Assembly: GCF_017876815.1 (NCBI RefSeq) | Contig: NZ_JAGIOS010000003.1 | Location: 1,080,001 to 1,112,000, forward strand | Length of the DNA: 32,000 nt | Direction of reading: 5' to 3' | Source of the DNA: Sinorhizobium meliloti | GTDB taxonomy: Bacteria > Pseudomonadota > Alphaproteobacteria > Rhizobiales > Rhizobiaceae | Part shown: piece after piece, positions 7,729 to 16,041 of the stretch | How positions within the stretch are numbered: the first letter of the stretch is position 1 | Layout: each line of letters opens with the position of its first letter | Translations under genes and position numbers: made by a program | Notes under the pieces: generated by a model | The model's input: only the letters and a program-made list of their open reading frames with translations | Told to the model about the DNA's origin: nothing | Databases searched by the model: none

Positions 7729-8358
7729 TTAGATGTCTGGCTCAAGCCTGCTTTTCGCCGCGCTGGCTTCGGTCGAGTGAGACTGTATCTGTGCAGCGTC
7801 GAGCGCGATCCTCACGGCGGTCAGATATGATTGCTCGTCGGCGAGCTCCGGCGTGTATTGGCGAACCGTATAAAGCCCCAAGAGCGCCAGGTAGATGGCT
7901 TTCGCAAGTTGTTCCGCCAACGGGTGCGGCGCGCCAAGAAGTTTGAACTCCTCCGTGAGGTGTTTGGTGCGCATCGCATCCACCTCCCGCACTGCGGCCC
8001 TTGGCAATGGGTCCTGTGCCGCCCACGCCCGAAGCGCGCACTCTGTTTTCGCAACGTCCAAAGCACCAGACGTCGATACGACGGCGAGTTCTGCCAACGC
8101 CTCCAAGCGTTCACGTGGTGTGTCGAAGTGACTAGTCTGTTCGATTAGATCGGCGGTGAAGTCACGCTTCCAAAACTCTATGATTGCCTCGAGAAGCTCA
8201 CCTCTATTCTTGAAGCGCCAGTAGAACGGGCCTTTGCTCACGCCAAGAATCACGGCCAAACGTTCCACCCTGACCGCCTCAATGCCTCCGGCTGTCAGAG
8301 CAGTCAATCCGGCCGCGACCCAATCGGCCTTTGTTGGACCATCTTGTTTATCTGCCAT
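7729..8358 (-). CDS. TetR/AcrR-family transcriptional regulator
   Basis: 209 aa. The N-terminal HTH is AGLTALTAGGIEAVRVERLAVILGVSKGPFYWRFKNRGELLEAIIEFW. Confidence 0.9.
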   Translation of the reverse strand: MADKQDGPTKADWVAAGLTALTAGGIEAVRVERLAVILGVSKGPFYWRFKNRGELLEAIIEFWKRDFTADLIEQTSHFDTPRERLEALAELAVVSTSGALDVAKTECALRAWAAQDPLPRAAVREVDAMRTKHLTEEFKLLGAPHPLAEQLAKAIYLALLGLYTVRQYTPELADEQSYLTAVRIALDAAQIQSHSTEASAAKSRLEPDI

Positions 8359-8446
8359 TCGACCCGCCTCACGGTCCGCCCCGTCTGCCGAAGCTAGGCA
8401 CTTCCAGAAAAGTGTATAACGGCTTTCCGTCCGGAAGTGCGTCGTT

Positions 8447-8890
8447 TCAAAGGGTTGGAGCGCCGGCTCTTTCCGCCGGACGGGCGGCCGCCCAAAATAT
8501 GATGAGCCCTACCGGGCCGAAGATCGCCCATTGAATAAGGCCCCAAGGGTTTCCGAACCAGACAAAGGTGAAGAACAGGCAGATACCCGAAACCACCAGG
8601 AAATGACCTCCTATTATCCAGGCTACCGGCCAGCGCCAGTCGCTACGGAATGCCGCCACCAGCGTGGCCACGGCACCGCCCACTATCAGCGCCGCCATCT
8701 GGTACCACAAGATGTCGAGCACACCGGCCGAGGAGGGTGGCAGATTGGCCGAGTAGACGGGGTACATCACCTCGGGCGTCCCGCCAATGATGTGGTAAAT
8801 GGCGGCAACGGCATTGACTGCGGATGCCACCAGAAGTGCGCTGCGGCCGGCGCTCCCATCTTGAGGGCGATTGACTAAGTCCGTTCTCAT
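8447..8890 (-). CDS. Small integral membrane protein (about 4 TM segments), unknown function, upstream of tetR
   Basis: 147 aa, hydrophobic throughout (ALLVASAVNAVAAIYHIIGG..., WYQMAALIVGGAVATLVAAF, VAWIIGGHFLVVSGICLFFTFVWF, WAIFGPVGLIIFWAA). It lies 88 nt upstream of the TetR gene on the same strand. Confidence 0.7.
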   Translation of the reverse strand: MRTDLVNRPQDGSAGRSALLVASAVNAVAAIYHIIGGTPEVMYPVYSANLPPSSAGVLDILWYQMAALIVGGAVATLVAAFRSDWRWPVAWIIGGHFLVVSGICLFFTFVWFGNPWGLIQWAIFGPVGLIIFWAAARPAERAGAPTL

Positions 8891-8903
8891 CGTGATGACC
8901 CAT

Positions 8904-8964
8904 CCGTACTATACGGCGGCGTATACTACACCGTTGCAGATACGTCAATATACGGTAGCGTATA
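8904..8964 (-). promoter_or_regulatory. Twin operator-like dyads TATACG-N4-CGTATA upstream of the membrane-protein/tetR pair
   Basis: TATACGGCGGCGTATA at 8910..8925 and TATACGGTAGCGTATA at 8949..8964, 39 bp apart. The first starts 20 nt from the start codon at 8890 and overlaps a further dyad, CCGTA-CTA-TACGG (8904..8916). Confidence 0.45.
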
Positions 8965-9311
8965 GAACATCGCGACAGAGACCGCCGGGCTTCCGCTCGT
9001 CCAACGCGGCTATCGGGACCGGCAAACGACCGCCCGGATATCACTGCTGGTCCCGTGACTTGGAGAAAACGAACCGCCGAAAGCCCCCGAGAAATTGGGG
9101 AGGACAATCTCCCTCCCGACTACTCGGTCATGCATGGAAAGAGGCCTGCCTGGACGCGCCAGGCTGACCCGCAGCGCCTACCAAAGTACCGAAGCGGCAT
9201 TCCCGCCGCTACGGTCCTTCGGGAATTCCGCACTTAGCCGACCATGAGACAGATAGTTCTCCCCTCACCCTGAGGCGATTTGAACCGGAGCACTGAAATT
9301 ACAAGACGAGA

Positions 9312-10265
9312 TCAATAACCGCCGACGATCGGAAGAATCTCGCCGGTGATGTAGCTCGACATTTGCGGAGAGGCGAGGAAGACGTAGGCCGGAGCAATTT
9401 CCTCTGGCTGCGCTGCCCGCTTCATTGGCGTTTGGGAACCGAACTTCTCCACATCTTCAGCCTCTTTGTCCGATGGATTGAGAGGCGTCCAGACCGGGCC
9501 GGGGGCGACGGCGTTCACGCGGATACCTTTGGGCACGAGATGTCCCGAAAGTGCACGGGTGAAGGCATGAATTCCCCCCTTGGTCATGGAGTAGTCCAGA
9601 AGTTCCTTCGAGCCGGTAAGGCCCGTGACGGATCCAGTGTTGATGATTGCCGAGCCGTTCTTCAAATGCGGAATAGCGGCCTTTGCCATGTAGAAGTAGC
9701 CGTAGAGGTTCGTCTTCAGCGTTTCGTCGAAGTGCTCGTCGGTCAGGTCCTCGATGTCACGAGTGTGAACCTGGAAGGCGGCGTTGTTGATGAGGATGTC
9801 GAGGCGACCAAGCTGCATCACCGTTTTTTCCACTGCCTTTCGGCAGAAGCTCGCATCCTTGACGTCGCCTTTGATCACAAGGCACTTGCGTCCCTCCTTC
9901 TCAACAGCAGCCTTTGTGTCATCTGCGTCCTGAGATTCATCGAGATGCACGATGGCGACGTCCGCCCCTTCACGGGCAAAGAGGACTGCCACCGACCGAC
10001 CGATGCCGGAGTCACCCCCCGTGATCAGCGCCACCTTGTCCTTCAGCTTGTCTGAGCCCTTGTAAAACGGTGCATCATACATTGGCGCGACGGGGAGATC
10101 AGCCTCTGAGCCTGGCTTGTCCTGATGCACCTTTGGGAATGGCGGCTCTGGATAACGTCGAGCGCCCGCCTGCATGGCTCCTGAGGTCTTCGGCTTTTCC
10201 TTCTTGTCGGCCCTTTCAACCTGTTTCTGGATATCGCGCTGCTTCTGCCCGGTTTCGGATTTCAT
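9312..10265 (-). CDS. SDR-family NAD(P)-dependent oxidoreductase, YghA/YdaD (general-stress-protein-39) type
   Basis: 317 aa. It has a lysine-rich disordered N-terminus, then KVALITGGDSGIGRSVAVLFAREGADV, NNAA, and YSMTKGGIHAFTRALS (catalytic YxxxK). Confidence 0.92.
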   Translation of the reverse strand: MKSETGQKQRDIQKQVERADKKEKPKTSGAMQAGARRYPEPPFPKVHQDKPGSEADLPVAPMYDAPFYKGSDKLKDKVALITGGDSGIGRSVAVLFAREGADVAIVHLDESQDADDTKAAVEKEGRKCLVIKGDVKDASFCRKAVEKTVMQLGRLDILINNAAFQVHTRDIEDLTDEHFDETLKTNLYGYFYMAKAAIPHLKNGSAIINTGSVTGLTGSKELLDYSMTKGGIHAFTRALSGHLVPKGIRVNAVAPGPVWTPLNPSDKEAEDVEKFGSQTPMKRAAQPEEIAPAYVFLASPQMSSYITGEILPIVGGY

Positions 10266-10270
10266 TGGTA

Positions 10271-10289
10271 CCTCCTTCGATTAAGGAGG
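10271..10289 (-). promoter_or_regulatory. RBS-sequestering hairpin (anti-SD/SD) in front of the SDR gene
   Basis: The mRNA-sense sequence is CCUCCUU-AAUCG-AAGGAGG-UACCA-AUG. The 7-nt anti-SD (complement of 10289..10283) pairs perfectly with the SD (complement of 10277..10271), which lies 5 nt from the AUG at 10265. Confidence 0.4.
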
Positions 10290-10405
10290 TAGAACGTTGG
10301 CGAGGCCAAAAGGTTTGGGCGAGACCGGCTCAATCCATGCAATCCGCCGACTCCGATGAGGGCACTACCCGCTCCTCTCTCCCTGCCATCCTAAATCATC
10401 GTGGT

Positions 10406-11950
10406 CTAATGAGGGGCCAATGTGCTCTCGTCGATGTGTGCGGTGGCATATACCCGCCGGGCGACGATCGCGAGAAGAAGGAGCGTCACCGTTGCAACGA
10501 CGCAACAGATGGCAAAGCCAAGTGAGAAGCCGCTTTTCGCTGTCTCCAGCCAGACAGCGGAAGTTGAACCTGGCATCGACCGAGCTGTCTCGACTGCGCC
10601 GGCAAGAGTCGCAGAAACGGCCTCGGCTTGCACGGGATTGAGGCTGCTCAGGTCGGCGCGGTTCATCGCCATACGATAGATCAGGGTCGCCAAACTGCCG
10701 AGCACCGCGATGCCCAATGCGCCTCCAAATTCAGCGCTCGTCTCCGATATGGCCGAAGCCGAGCCTGCCCGTTCGGGCGGTGCAGTCCCGACGATCAGGC
10801 CGGTCGTGGTAAGGACGACCGGAACGAAGCCGAAGCCGATAATCATGCTGGAGCCAAGGATCCCGATCAAGCTCTCGGCGTAGGCGGCGATAGCCATGGC
10901 GGCAGCTCCCGCTGCATTGATCAAAAGCCCGCCGAGCACTGTTCTGACGGGTCCGAAGCGGTTGGTGAAGCGGTAGGCCTGGAAAGACATGACAGCGAAG
11001 ACTAGGGCCGATGGCGCAGACCAAAGAGCAGCTTCCAATGGTGACAGACCAAGCACAAGCTGCAGGAAGAGGTTCTGAAACAGAAAGACGCCGAAGACGA
11101 AGAAGACACCGGCGAGGTTTACCATCAGAGAGGCCGTGAACGCTGGTACCCGAAAGAGCGCGAGGTCGACCAACGGATCGCTGAGGCGCCGCTGGCGCCT
11201 CACAAACAGGAGGGCGACCAGAAGCCCCAGGCCGATGTAGACGATTTGGGCAAGCTGGAAGCCGTCGGCAGCCATATGCTTGAAACCGTAGATGATCGGC
11301 AGAACGGTGGCGAGCGAAAGCACGACACTCAATAAATCCAGTCGGCCGGCATCATTGTTCTTGTATTCCGGCAGCAGAAACGGGGCGACCGCCAGAAGCA
11401 GGAGCATGACTGGTATGTTGATCAGGAACACCGATCCCCAGTGGAAATACTGTAGCAGAATTCCGCCGATGAGGGGGCCAACGAGGCCGCCCAGCGCAAA
11501 GGCCGTGCCCCAGATGCTGATCGCCCTGTTCCGCTCCGCCTCATTTTTGAAGAGATTGACGATGAGCGACAGAGTGGAGGGAGCGATCGTCGCACCGGCG
11601 ATGCCAAGCAGGGCCCGTGCCAGAATGAGTTGCCCCGGGGTATTTGAGAAAGCCGCGAAGGCGGATGCGACGCCGAAAGCAAAAGCGCCCATCAGCAACA
11701 CCCGCCGGCGACCGATCCGGTCTCCCAGCGTTCCCATGGTCACGAGAAAGCCCGCGACCATGAAGCCATAGATGTCATTTATCCAGAGCAGTTGCGATGC
11801 GGACGGATCGAGGTCCGCAACGATCGCGGGCACCGCGAGGAACAGCACCGACAAGTCCATCGAGTAGATCAGGCATGCGATGGACAGGACCCACAGGCCA
11901 ACCCACTCGCGGCGGCTTGCCTGCTCAGGCGTGTGAATGTTCTCTGCCAT
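10406..11950 (-). CDS. MFS transporter, 14-TMS DHA2 (EmrB/QacA-like) drug:H+ antiporter family
   Basis: 514 aa. Contains LGDRIGRRRVLLMGAFAFGVAS (MFS motif A region). The length and hydrophobicity pattern fit the 14-helix efflux subfamily. Confidence 0.92.
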   Translation of the reverse strand: MAENIHTPEQASRREWVGLWVLSIACLIYSMDLSVLFLAVPAIVADLDPSASQLLWINDIYGFMVAGFLVTMGTLGDRIGRRRVLLMGAFAFGVASAFAAFSNTPGQLILARALLGIAGATIAPSTLSLIVNLFKNEAERNRAISIWGTAFALGGLVGPLIGGILLQYFHWGSVFLINIPVMLLLLAVAPFLLPEYKNNDAGRLDLLSVVLSLATVLPIIYGFKHMAADGFQLAQIVYIGLGLLVALLFVRRQRRLSDPLVDLALFRVPAFTASLMVNLAGVFFVFGVFLFQNLFLQLVLGLSPLEAALWSAPSALVFAVMSFQAYRFTNRFGPVRTVLGGLLINAAGAAAMAIAAYAESLIGILGSSMIIGFGFVPVVLTTTGLIVGTAPPERAGSASAISETSAEFGGALGIAVLGSLATLIYRMAMNRADLSSLNPVQAEAVSATLAGAVETARSMPGSTSAVWLETAKSGFSLGFAICCVVATVTLLLLAIVARRVYATAHIDESTLAPH

Positions 11951-12205
11951 GGTCGTCCTCCCGGAAGCCGGCGGAGATTTCCCTGAATCGCATCAGTTGA
12001 CAAGTATCAATTTCCAGGAAGACCGGCTTTGATCCCAAGGAACGCTTTCATGGATTCAAGCTCAGCCTAAACGAGACCGTCATTCCTCGTCACCGAAGTA
12101 ATCACACGTGGGAATGATCATAAAGGCTGCTGACATTGATCGGAAAGCATTCGCGCTGTAGGTTCGGCACGCGAGCCAAAAGTGCGCGAGCAAGGAGGGA
12201 CTATC

Positions 12206-12409
12206 ATGCCTAAAGGTACTGTTAAATTTTTCAACGACGACAAGGGTTTTGGCTTCATCACGCCTGAGGATGGCGGAACGGACGTCTTCGTTCACGTGTC
12301 TGCCTTGCAACACGGCGGTTCGCTGAAAGAGGGTGACAAAGTCAGCTACGACGTCGGTCAAGATCGCAAGACCGGAAAATCGAAGGCGGAAAACGTATCC
12401 GTGCTTTGA
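12206..12409 (+). CDS. cspA: Cold-shock protein (CspA family)
   Basis: Track ORF trimmed to the ATG at 12206, 7 nt after [43 protein letters not shown] contains the RNP1/RNP2 motifs (KGFGFI, VFVHV). 67 aa. Confidence 0.95.
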   Translation: MPKGTVKFFNDDKGFGFITPEDGGTDVFVHVSALQHGGSLKEGDKVSYDVGQDRKTGKSKAENVSVL

Positions 12410-12511
12410 TCGATGGACGATCTCAATGAGCGTGCGTAAAAGCGCTTTTGAGAGCACGCCGAGTTCCTGTCGTTCAATGTGACAGATTCGACGGCAGAAT
12501 TCCGGCAAGAC

Positions 12512-12552
12512 CAGAGCGCCTCAGTGTTTCATTGAAACACTGAGGCGCTCTG
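12512..12552. repeat. Perfect 41-nt palindrome (20-bp arms, single central base) between the convergent csp and phzF-family genes
   Basis: CAGAGCGCCTCAGTGTTTCA-T-TGAAACACTGAGGCGCTCTG. All 20 pairs were checked by hand. There is no flanking U/T tract on either strand. Confidence 0.85.
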
Positions 12553-12606
12553 TCCATGAGGCTACGCGTGTCACGGAAACCGCTACACACTTTTCCTGGA
12601 AGGGCT

Positions 12607-13479
12607 CTAAAGCCGGATCACTCCTTTGACCACGACGATCCCGGCCCCGGAGAGTTCCGGCAGGGGAGCAAGTCGGATACGCAGAATGCTCCGGCGGCCC
12701 ATTTTGGTGCCTTGCTCGATTACCAGTTCGTTGTTCGTGAGGTTTCCCGTGGCGGCAAGATAGGCCGCCAGAGGGCCGGCTGCGGTCCCCGTTGCAGCAT
12801 CCTCCCAGAGGCCGACGGAGGGATTGAAAAACCGAGCGTAAGCGGTATCCGGCGCATCAGCATCGAGGGCATAGATGTAGCAGCCCTCCGCAGGCGTCTT
12901 CTCAAGAACGGCGAGCAATTTGTCGGCGACCGGCAGCGCTCTGTCCACGGAATCCACATTCAGGACGCGCACCATAAGGTGCGTGGCTCCGGTATCGGCC
13001 GGACGTGCAGGCGGTTCGGGCAAAATGTCTCTGGGATCGAGGCCGAGGGCGTCAGCCAGAGGCGCGACGTCGTCCAGCGGATTCGACAAGCGCAAAGGCA
13101 TCTGGCGCATGCGGCCGTGGATGCGACCGCCGACCGACTCGAGCTCAATCGGCAGAACATCTCTACCGATCTCCTGCTGAAAGGTTCGGGCCGCGGTCAG
13201 CGAACCGAGGTCGCCATTCTCTGCGAGCCAGAGCCACGCCCCAAGTGCATTGTGACCCGCACCGAACACCTCTGCACCGCTCGCAGTGAATGATCGCAGT
13301 TTCCAGTCCGCCCGTGTGCTCCGCATGAGGAATGTGGTTTCGGCTTGATTGAACTCGCCTGCGATCCGTCGCATCTGGTCATCCGTCAGGCCGTCCGCGT
13401 CCTGTACCACGGCCAGCGGATTCCCCGTCAGCGGCACATCCGCAAATACATCGATGAGACCTGCGATCAGTTCTACCAT
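12607..13479 (-). CDS. PhzF-family isomerase/epimerase-like protein
   Basis: 290 aa. IDVFADVPLTGNPLAVVQDADGLTDDQMRRIAGEFNQAETTFL is the PhzF N-terminal signature, and a second half-domain follows. Confidence 0.9.
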   Translation of the reverse strand: MVELIAGLIDVFADVPLTGNPLAVVQDADGLTDDQMRRIAGEFNQAETTFLMRSTRADWKLRSFTASGAEVFGAGHNALGAWLWLAENGDLGSLTAARTFQQEIGRDVLPIELESVGGRIHGRMRQMPLRLSNPLDDVAPLADALGLDPRDILPEPPARPADTGATHLMVRVLNVDSVDRALPVADKLLAVLEKTPAEGCYIYALDADAPDTAYARFFNPSVGLWEDAATGTAAGPLAAYLAATGNLTNNELVIEQGTKMGRRSILRIRLAPLPELSGAGIVVVKGVIRL

Positions 13480-13596
13480 TTTGCACCTCGACTTTAATGA
13501 GTTAGATTTGGTGTATCGTAGCCTTCATCACTGTAGCCCATTCTTATTAAACGATAAAAATCCGAATCCTCAGCTCTAAGATGAATTGGATTCAGC

Positions 13597-14514
13597 ATGC
13601 ACCGCCCGCGTTTGCCTCCCCTGTCCGCGATTCGCGCTTTTGAAGCCGCCGCGCGCCTCGCGAGCTTCAAGGCCGCAGCCGAAGAGCTTTTGGTCACCCC
13701 CACGGCAATCAGCCATCAGATCAAACAGCTCGAAGCCTATATGAGCCTGCGCGTTCTGGACCGGACGCCCAGAGCCGTGACGCTGACGCCGCGGGGTAAG
13801 GCGCTTTACGAGGCGACGGCCGCCGGTTTTGGCGAAATCGAGCGGGTCGTCACACGACTGCTGGCTGAGACGGCGCCGACAACGGTCACCCTGACGTCAA
13901 CGATAGCGTTTCTGAGTCACTGGCTGGTGCCGCGGATGGATGCGCTGCGCCAAACCATCCCGAATATCGACTTACGGTTGCACGCATCGAATAAGGTCGA
14001 GGAATTGCGCTCCAGGGGCATCGAGACCGCGATCCGTTACGGGCGTGGTCCATTCGCTGGCACAGCCAGTATTCAACTTCGCAGCGACGCGATGACGCCG
14101 GTTTGCAGCCCGAGCCTCGGTCTATCGCAACTTGGCGATCTGCGGCGCGTCACATTGATCCACATCGACGGGCGAAGCCGCCCGGCGCCGAAACCCGATT
14201 AGAATCGCTGGTGTGAACAGGCCGGCATCACCGACCTTGATACCAGTGCCGGCCCCCGATTTCCCGATAGCATGCTAGCCGTCCAGGCGGCCATTGCCGG
14301 CCAAGGCGTGGTCATCGCCAGTCGAGTGCTCGTAGCCGATGCACTTGCTGCTGGTTTGCTAGAGGCCCCATTCACGCAATCACTCGCCGGCGACGCCTAT
14401 CATTTTGCCTGCGCCTTGGGGCTGGAACAGCGCACTGACATCGCAGCACTTCGGATGTGGTTTCAGAACTGCTTTTCCGCAGCTGAACCGGATCCCGCAC
14501 ACCGGTTACCGTGA
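13597..14514 (+). pseudogene. LysR-family (GcvA-like) regulator interrupted by one in-frame TAG
   Basis: Track ORFs 13597..14202 and 14272..14514 are in the same frame. There are no other stops between 14203 and 14271. The HTH is SAIRAFEAAARLASFKAAAEELLVTPTAISHQIKQLE. The read-through text around the stop is ...APKPD-TAG-NRWCEQAGI..., where family members usually have Trp (TGG). Confidence 0.8.
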
Positions 14515-14571
14515 GCCCAAGTCTCACGAGTGCAACGGCTATTTTGGCGCTGCGGCCGCAGTTTCGCCCTG

Positions 14572-15216
14572 AAGGCGTTTCCCGGCTCTAGCCGTGGAGC
14601 TGGGGTGGTCTCATTGGCTAAAGGTTGGGCTGCTTTACAGTTCTGACCCGCAGAAAGATCTTCAGGAGGCGGAGTGGTTCAATCAGGCCTCGCCGACAAG
14701 AACTTAAGCCCGCAGGTAACGAGGCTGGCAAATTGGCACAGTGCTTGGCTCCTGACGCTCAAGCGGGACCATGATGGCGCTATTGCGGCAATGAACAAGG
14801 CCATCGCGCCGCACCCTATAATGCCTTCACCCTCACTGATGCAGGAAGTATCTTCCTACATGCCGGTCAGCCCGAAAAGACGCTGGAGCTGACAGACAAG
14901 GCAGCTGCTCGGGACCCCGGGACTGTCTTGGTTTTTTAACTACGTGCGAGGTTTCATCTACATCGTCCTTGGCAAAAACAAAGAAGCCGTCGAGGTACTC
15001 AAGACCAGGGAATTTGCCGACGCTCCGGTGCAATTAGCCATCGCCTATATGCGTCTTGGGCGCGACGCCGAGGCCCAAGCTGCCGTGGCGAAGATGCTGA
15101 AGTCGGGTCCGATTGCGACGATCCAGTCCTGGCGGCAGGCTTGGAACTTCCGAGACAACGCTATTCTGGATTGGGCATCGGCCGACCTTGCGCGCGCCGG
15201 CCCTCCGTCTCACTAA
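14572..15216 (+). pseudogene. Decayed 3' remnant of a TPR-repeat protein gene (several frameshifts, no N-terminal part)
   Basis: TPR-like text continues across frames. FPALAVELGWSHWLKVGLLYS starts at 14578. DPQKDLQEAEWFNQ starts at 14645. GLADKNLSPQVTRLANWHSAWLLTLKRDHDGAIAAMNKAIAPHP is in the track ORF at 14674. NAFTLTDAGSIFLHAGQPEKTLELTDKAAARDPGTVLVF starts at 14820. FFNYVRGFIYIVLGKNKEAVEVL...AIAYMRLGRDAEAQAAVAKML runs to 15216. Confidence 0.5.
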
Positions 15217-15330
15217 GCAAGAGACGTGGCACATTAACAAACGATCTTCGCGGCCAAGTGACTGTTATTCCTCTCCTTGAAGGGAGCAGGACCCGCCGAC
15301 CTTCAGTATGGGTGAGAGGAGTGCACCAGC

Positions 15331-15657
15331 CTAGGATCCGGGGGGACGATAACTAATCGACTTTGCCTTTCCAAGTGCTCCCATCGTATCCTCAACGCTG
15401 AGGAGGACAGTGGTTTCGATAGAGCTGAGCGCGCCTCCTGCGCCGATGGCAAGGGCGACAGCCGCCATCGATACGTTGTCAGGCGCCTCCCACAGATTCC
15501 AACCATCATGCTCACCAAAGGCGTACCAGAACCCATGGAGCTTTCCGCCTACGGATTCTATATACGCACGTGCCGCCTCACGGCGATCTTCGGGGTTTTC
15601 AATCATTCGCGCCCATGTCTCGGGCGTGTAGCTGAAGCGCGTGAGATACATGGCCAT
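15331..15657 (-). CDS. GYD-domain protein
   Basis: 108 aa. MAMYLTRFSYTPETWARMIENPEDRREAARAYIESVGGKLHGFWYAFGEHDGWNLWEAPDNVSMAAVALAI matches my memory of the GYD family. GAGGAGG lies upstream of the ATG. Confidence 0.85.
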   Translation of the reverse strand: MAMYLTRFSYTPETWARMIENPEDRREAARAYIESVGGKLHGFWYAFGEHDGWNLWEAPDNVSMAAVALAIGAGGALSSIETTVLLSVEDTMGALGKAKSISYRPPGS

Positions 15658-15851
15658 GGTTTGCCTCCTCTGTCACAACAACTCAGTTAACGCTCAGTCC
15701 CGAGAGAACGCGAGTCATTTCCAACGTTCGGGATCGGCCTGCGAATGGCTTCAACCTTGCCGCCTAGGATGGCCGCTTGCGTCTCATTGCGGACTGTCGC
15801 CATCGGCCAGCAATGCTGATCATGGACGGTGCCCCACATTGATCTGAACGA

Positions 15852-15860
15852 TGATATAAT
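15852..15860 (+). promoter_or_regulatory. Extended -10 element TGATATAAT upstream of the MscS gene
   Basis: An exact TGnTATAAT match at 15852..15860. There is no good -35. It lies about 180 nt upstream of the ATG at 16042. Confidence 0.3.
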
Positions 15861-16041
15861 GGATTACTCGCTGTCTTAGACCGTGTGGACGAAGTGGCTC
15901 AAGAATGGGCCTGCGAAACGACGACGGATTGCCCTGACTATTCATTCAAACCTTGCCATATGGCGAGACATCACCGGAATGCCGCCGTCGAGGAACGAAA
16001 AGGCACTGGTTGGGCGTGGATGGCCACATCGGGGTGAACCC

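Noticed and set aside
10293-10317. CAAAC-N16-CGTT on the minus strand upstream of the SDR gene, considered as an EcfG-type promoter
   Set aside because: The -35 matches only 3 of 5 positions of GGAAC. If it were real it would start transcription inside the anti-SD arm. I kept it only as a caveat for the hairpin hypothesis.
12080-12508. 142-aa minus-strand ORF overlapping the cold-shock gene
   Set aside because: It is antisense to an unmistakable CspA-family CDS and has no features of its own.
13564-13593. GAATCC-N18-GGATTC dyad (two GANTC sites) just before the LysR start
   Set aside because: The arms are only 6 bp and the spacer is long. GANTC sites are frequent in this DNA. Too weak to call.
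15705-15728. AGAAC-N15-CGTT, considered as an EcfG/general-stress promoter (GGAAC-N16-17-CGTT) for the MscS gene
   Set aside because: The -35 is imperfect and the spacer is one base short of the consensus. It lies about 315 nt from the preferred start. This is not enough to make the call.
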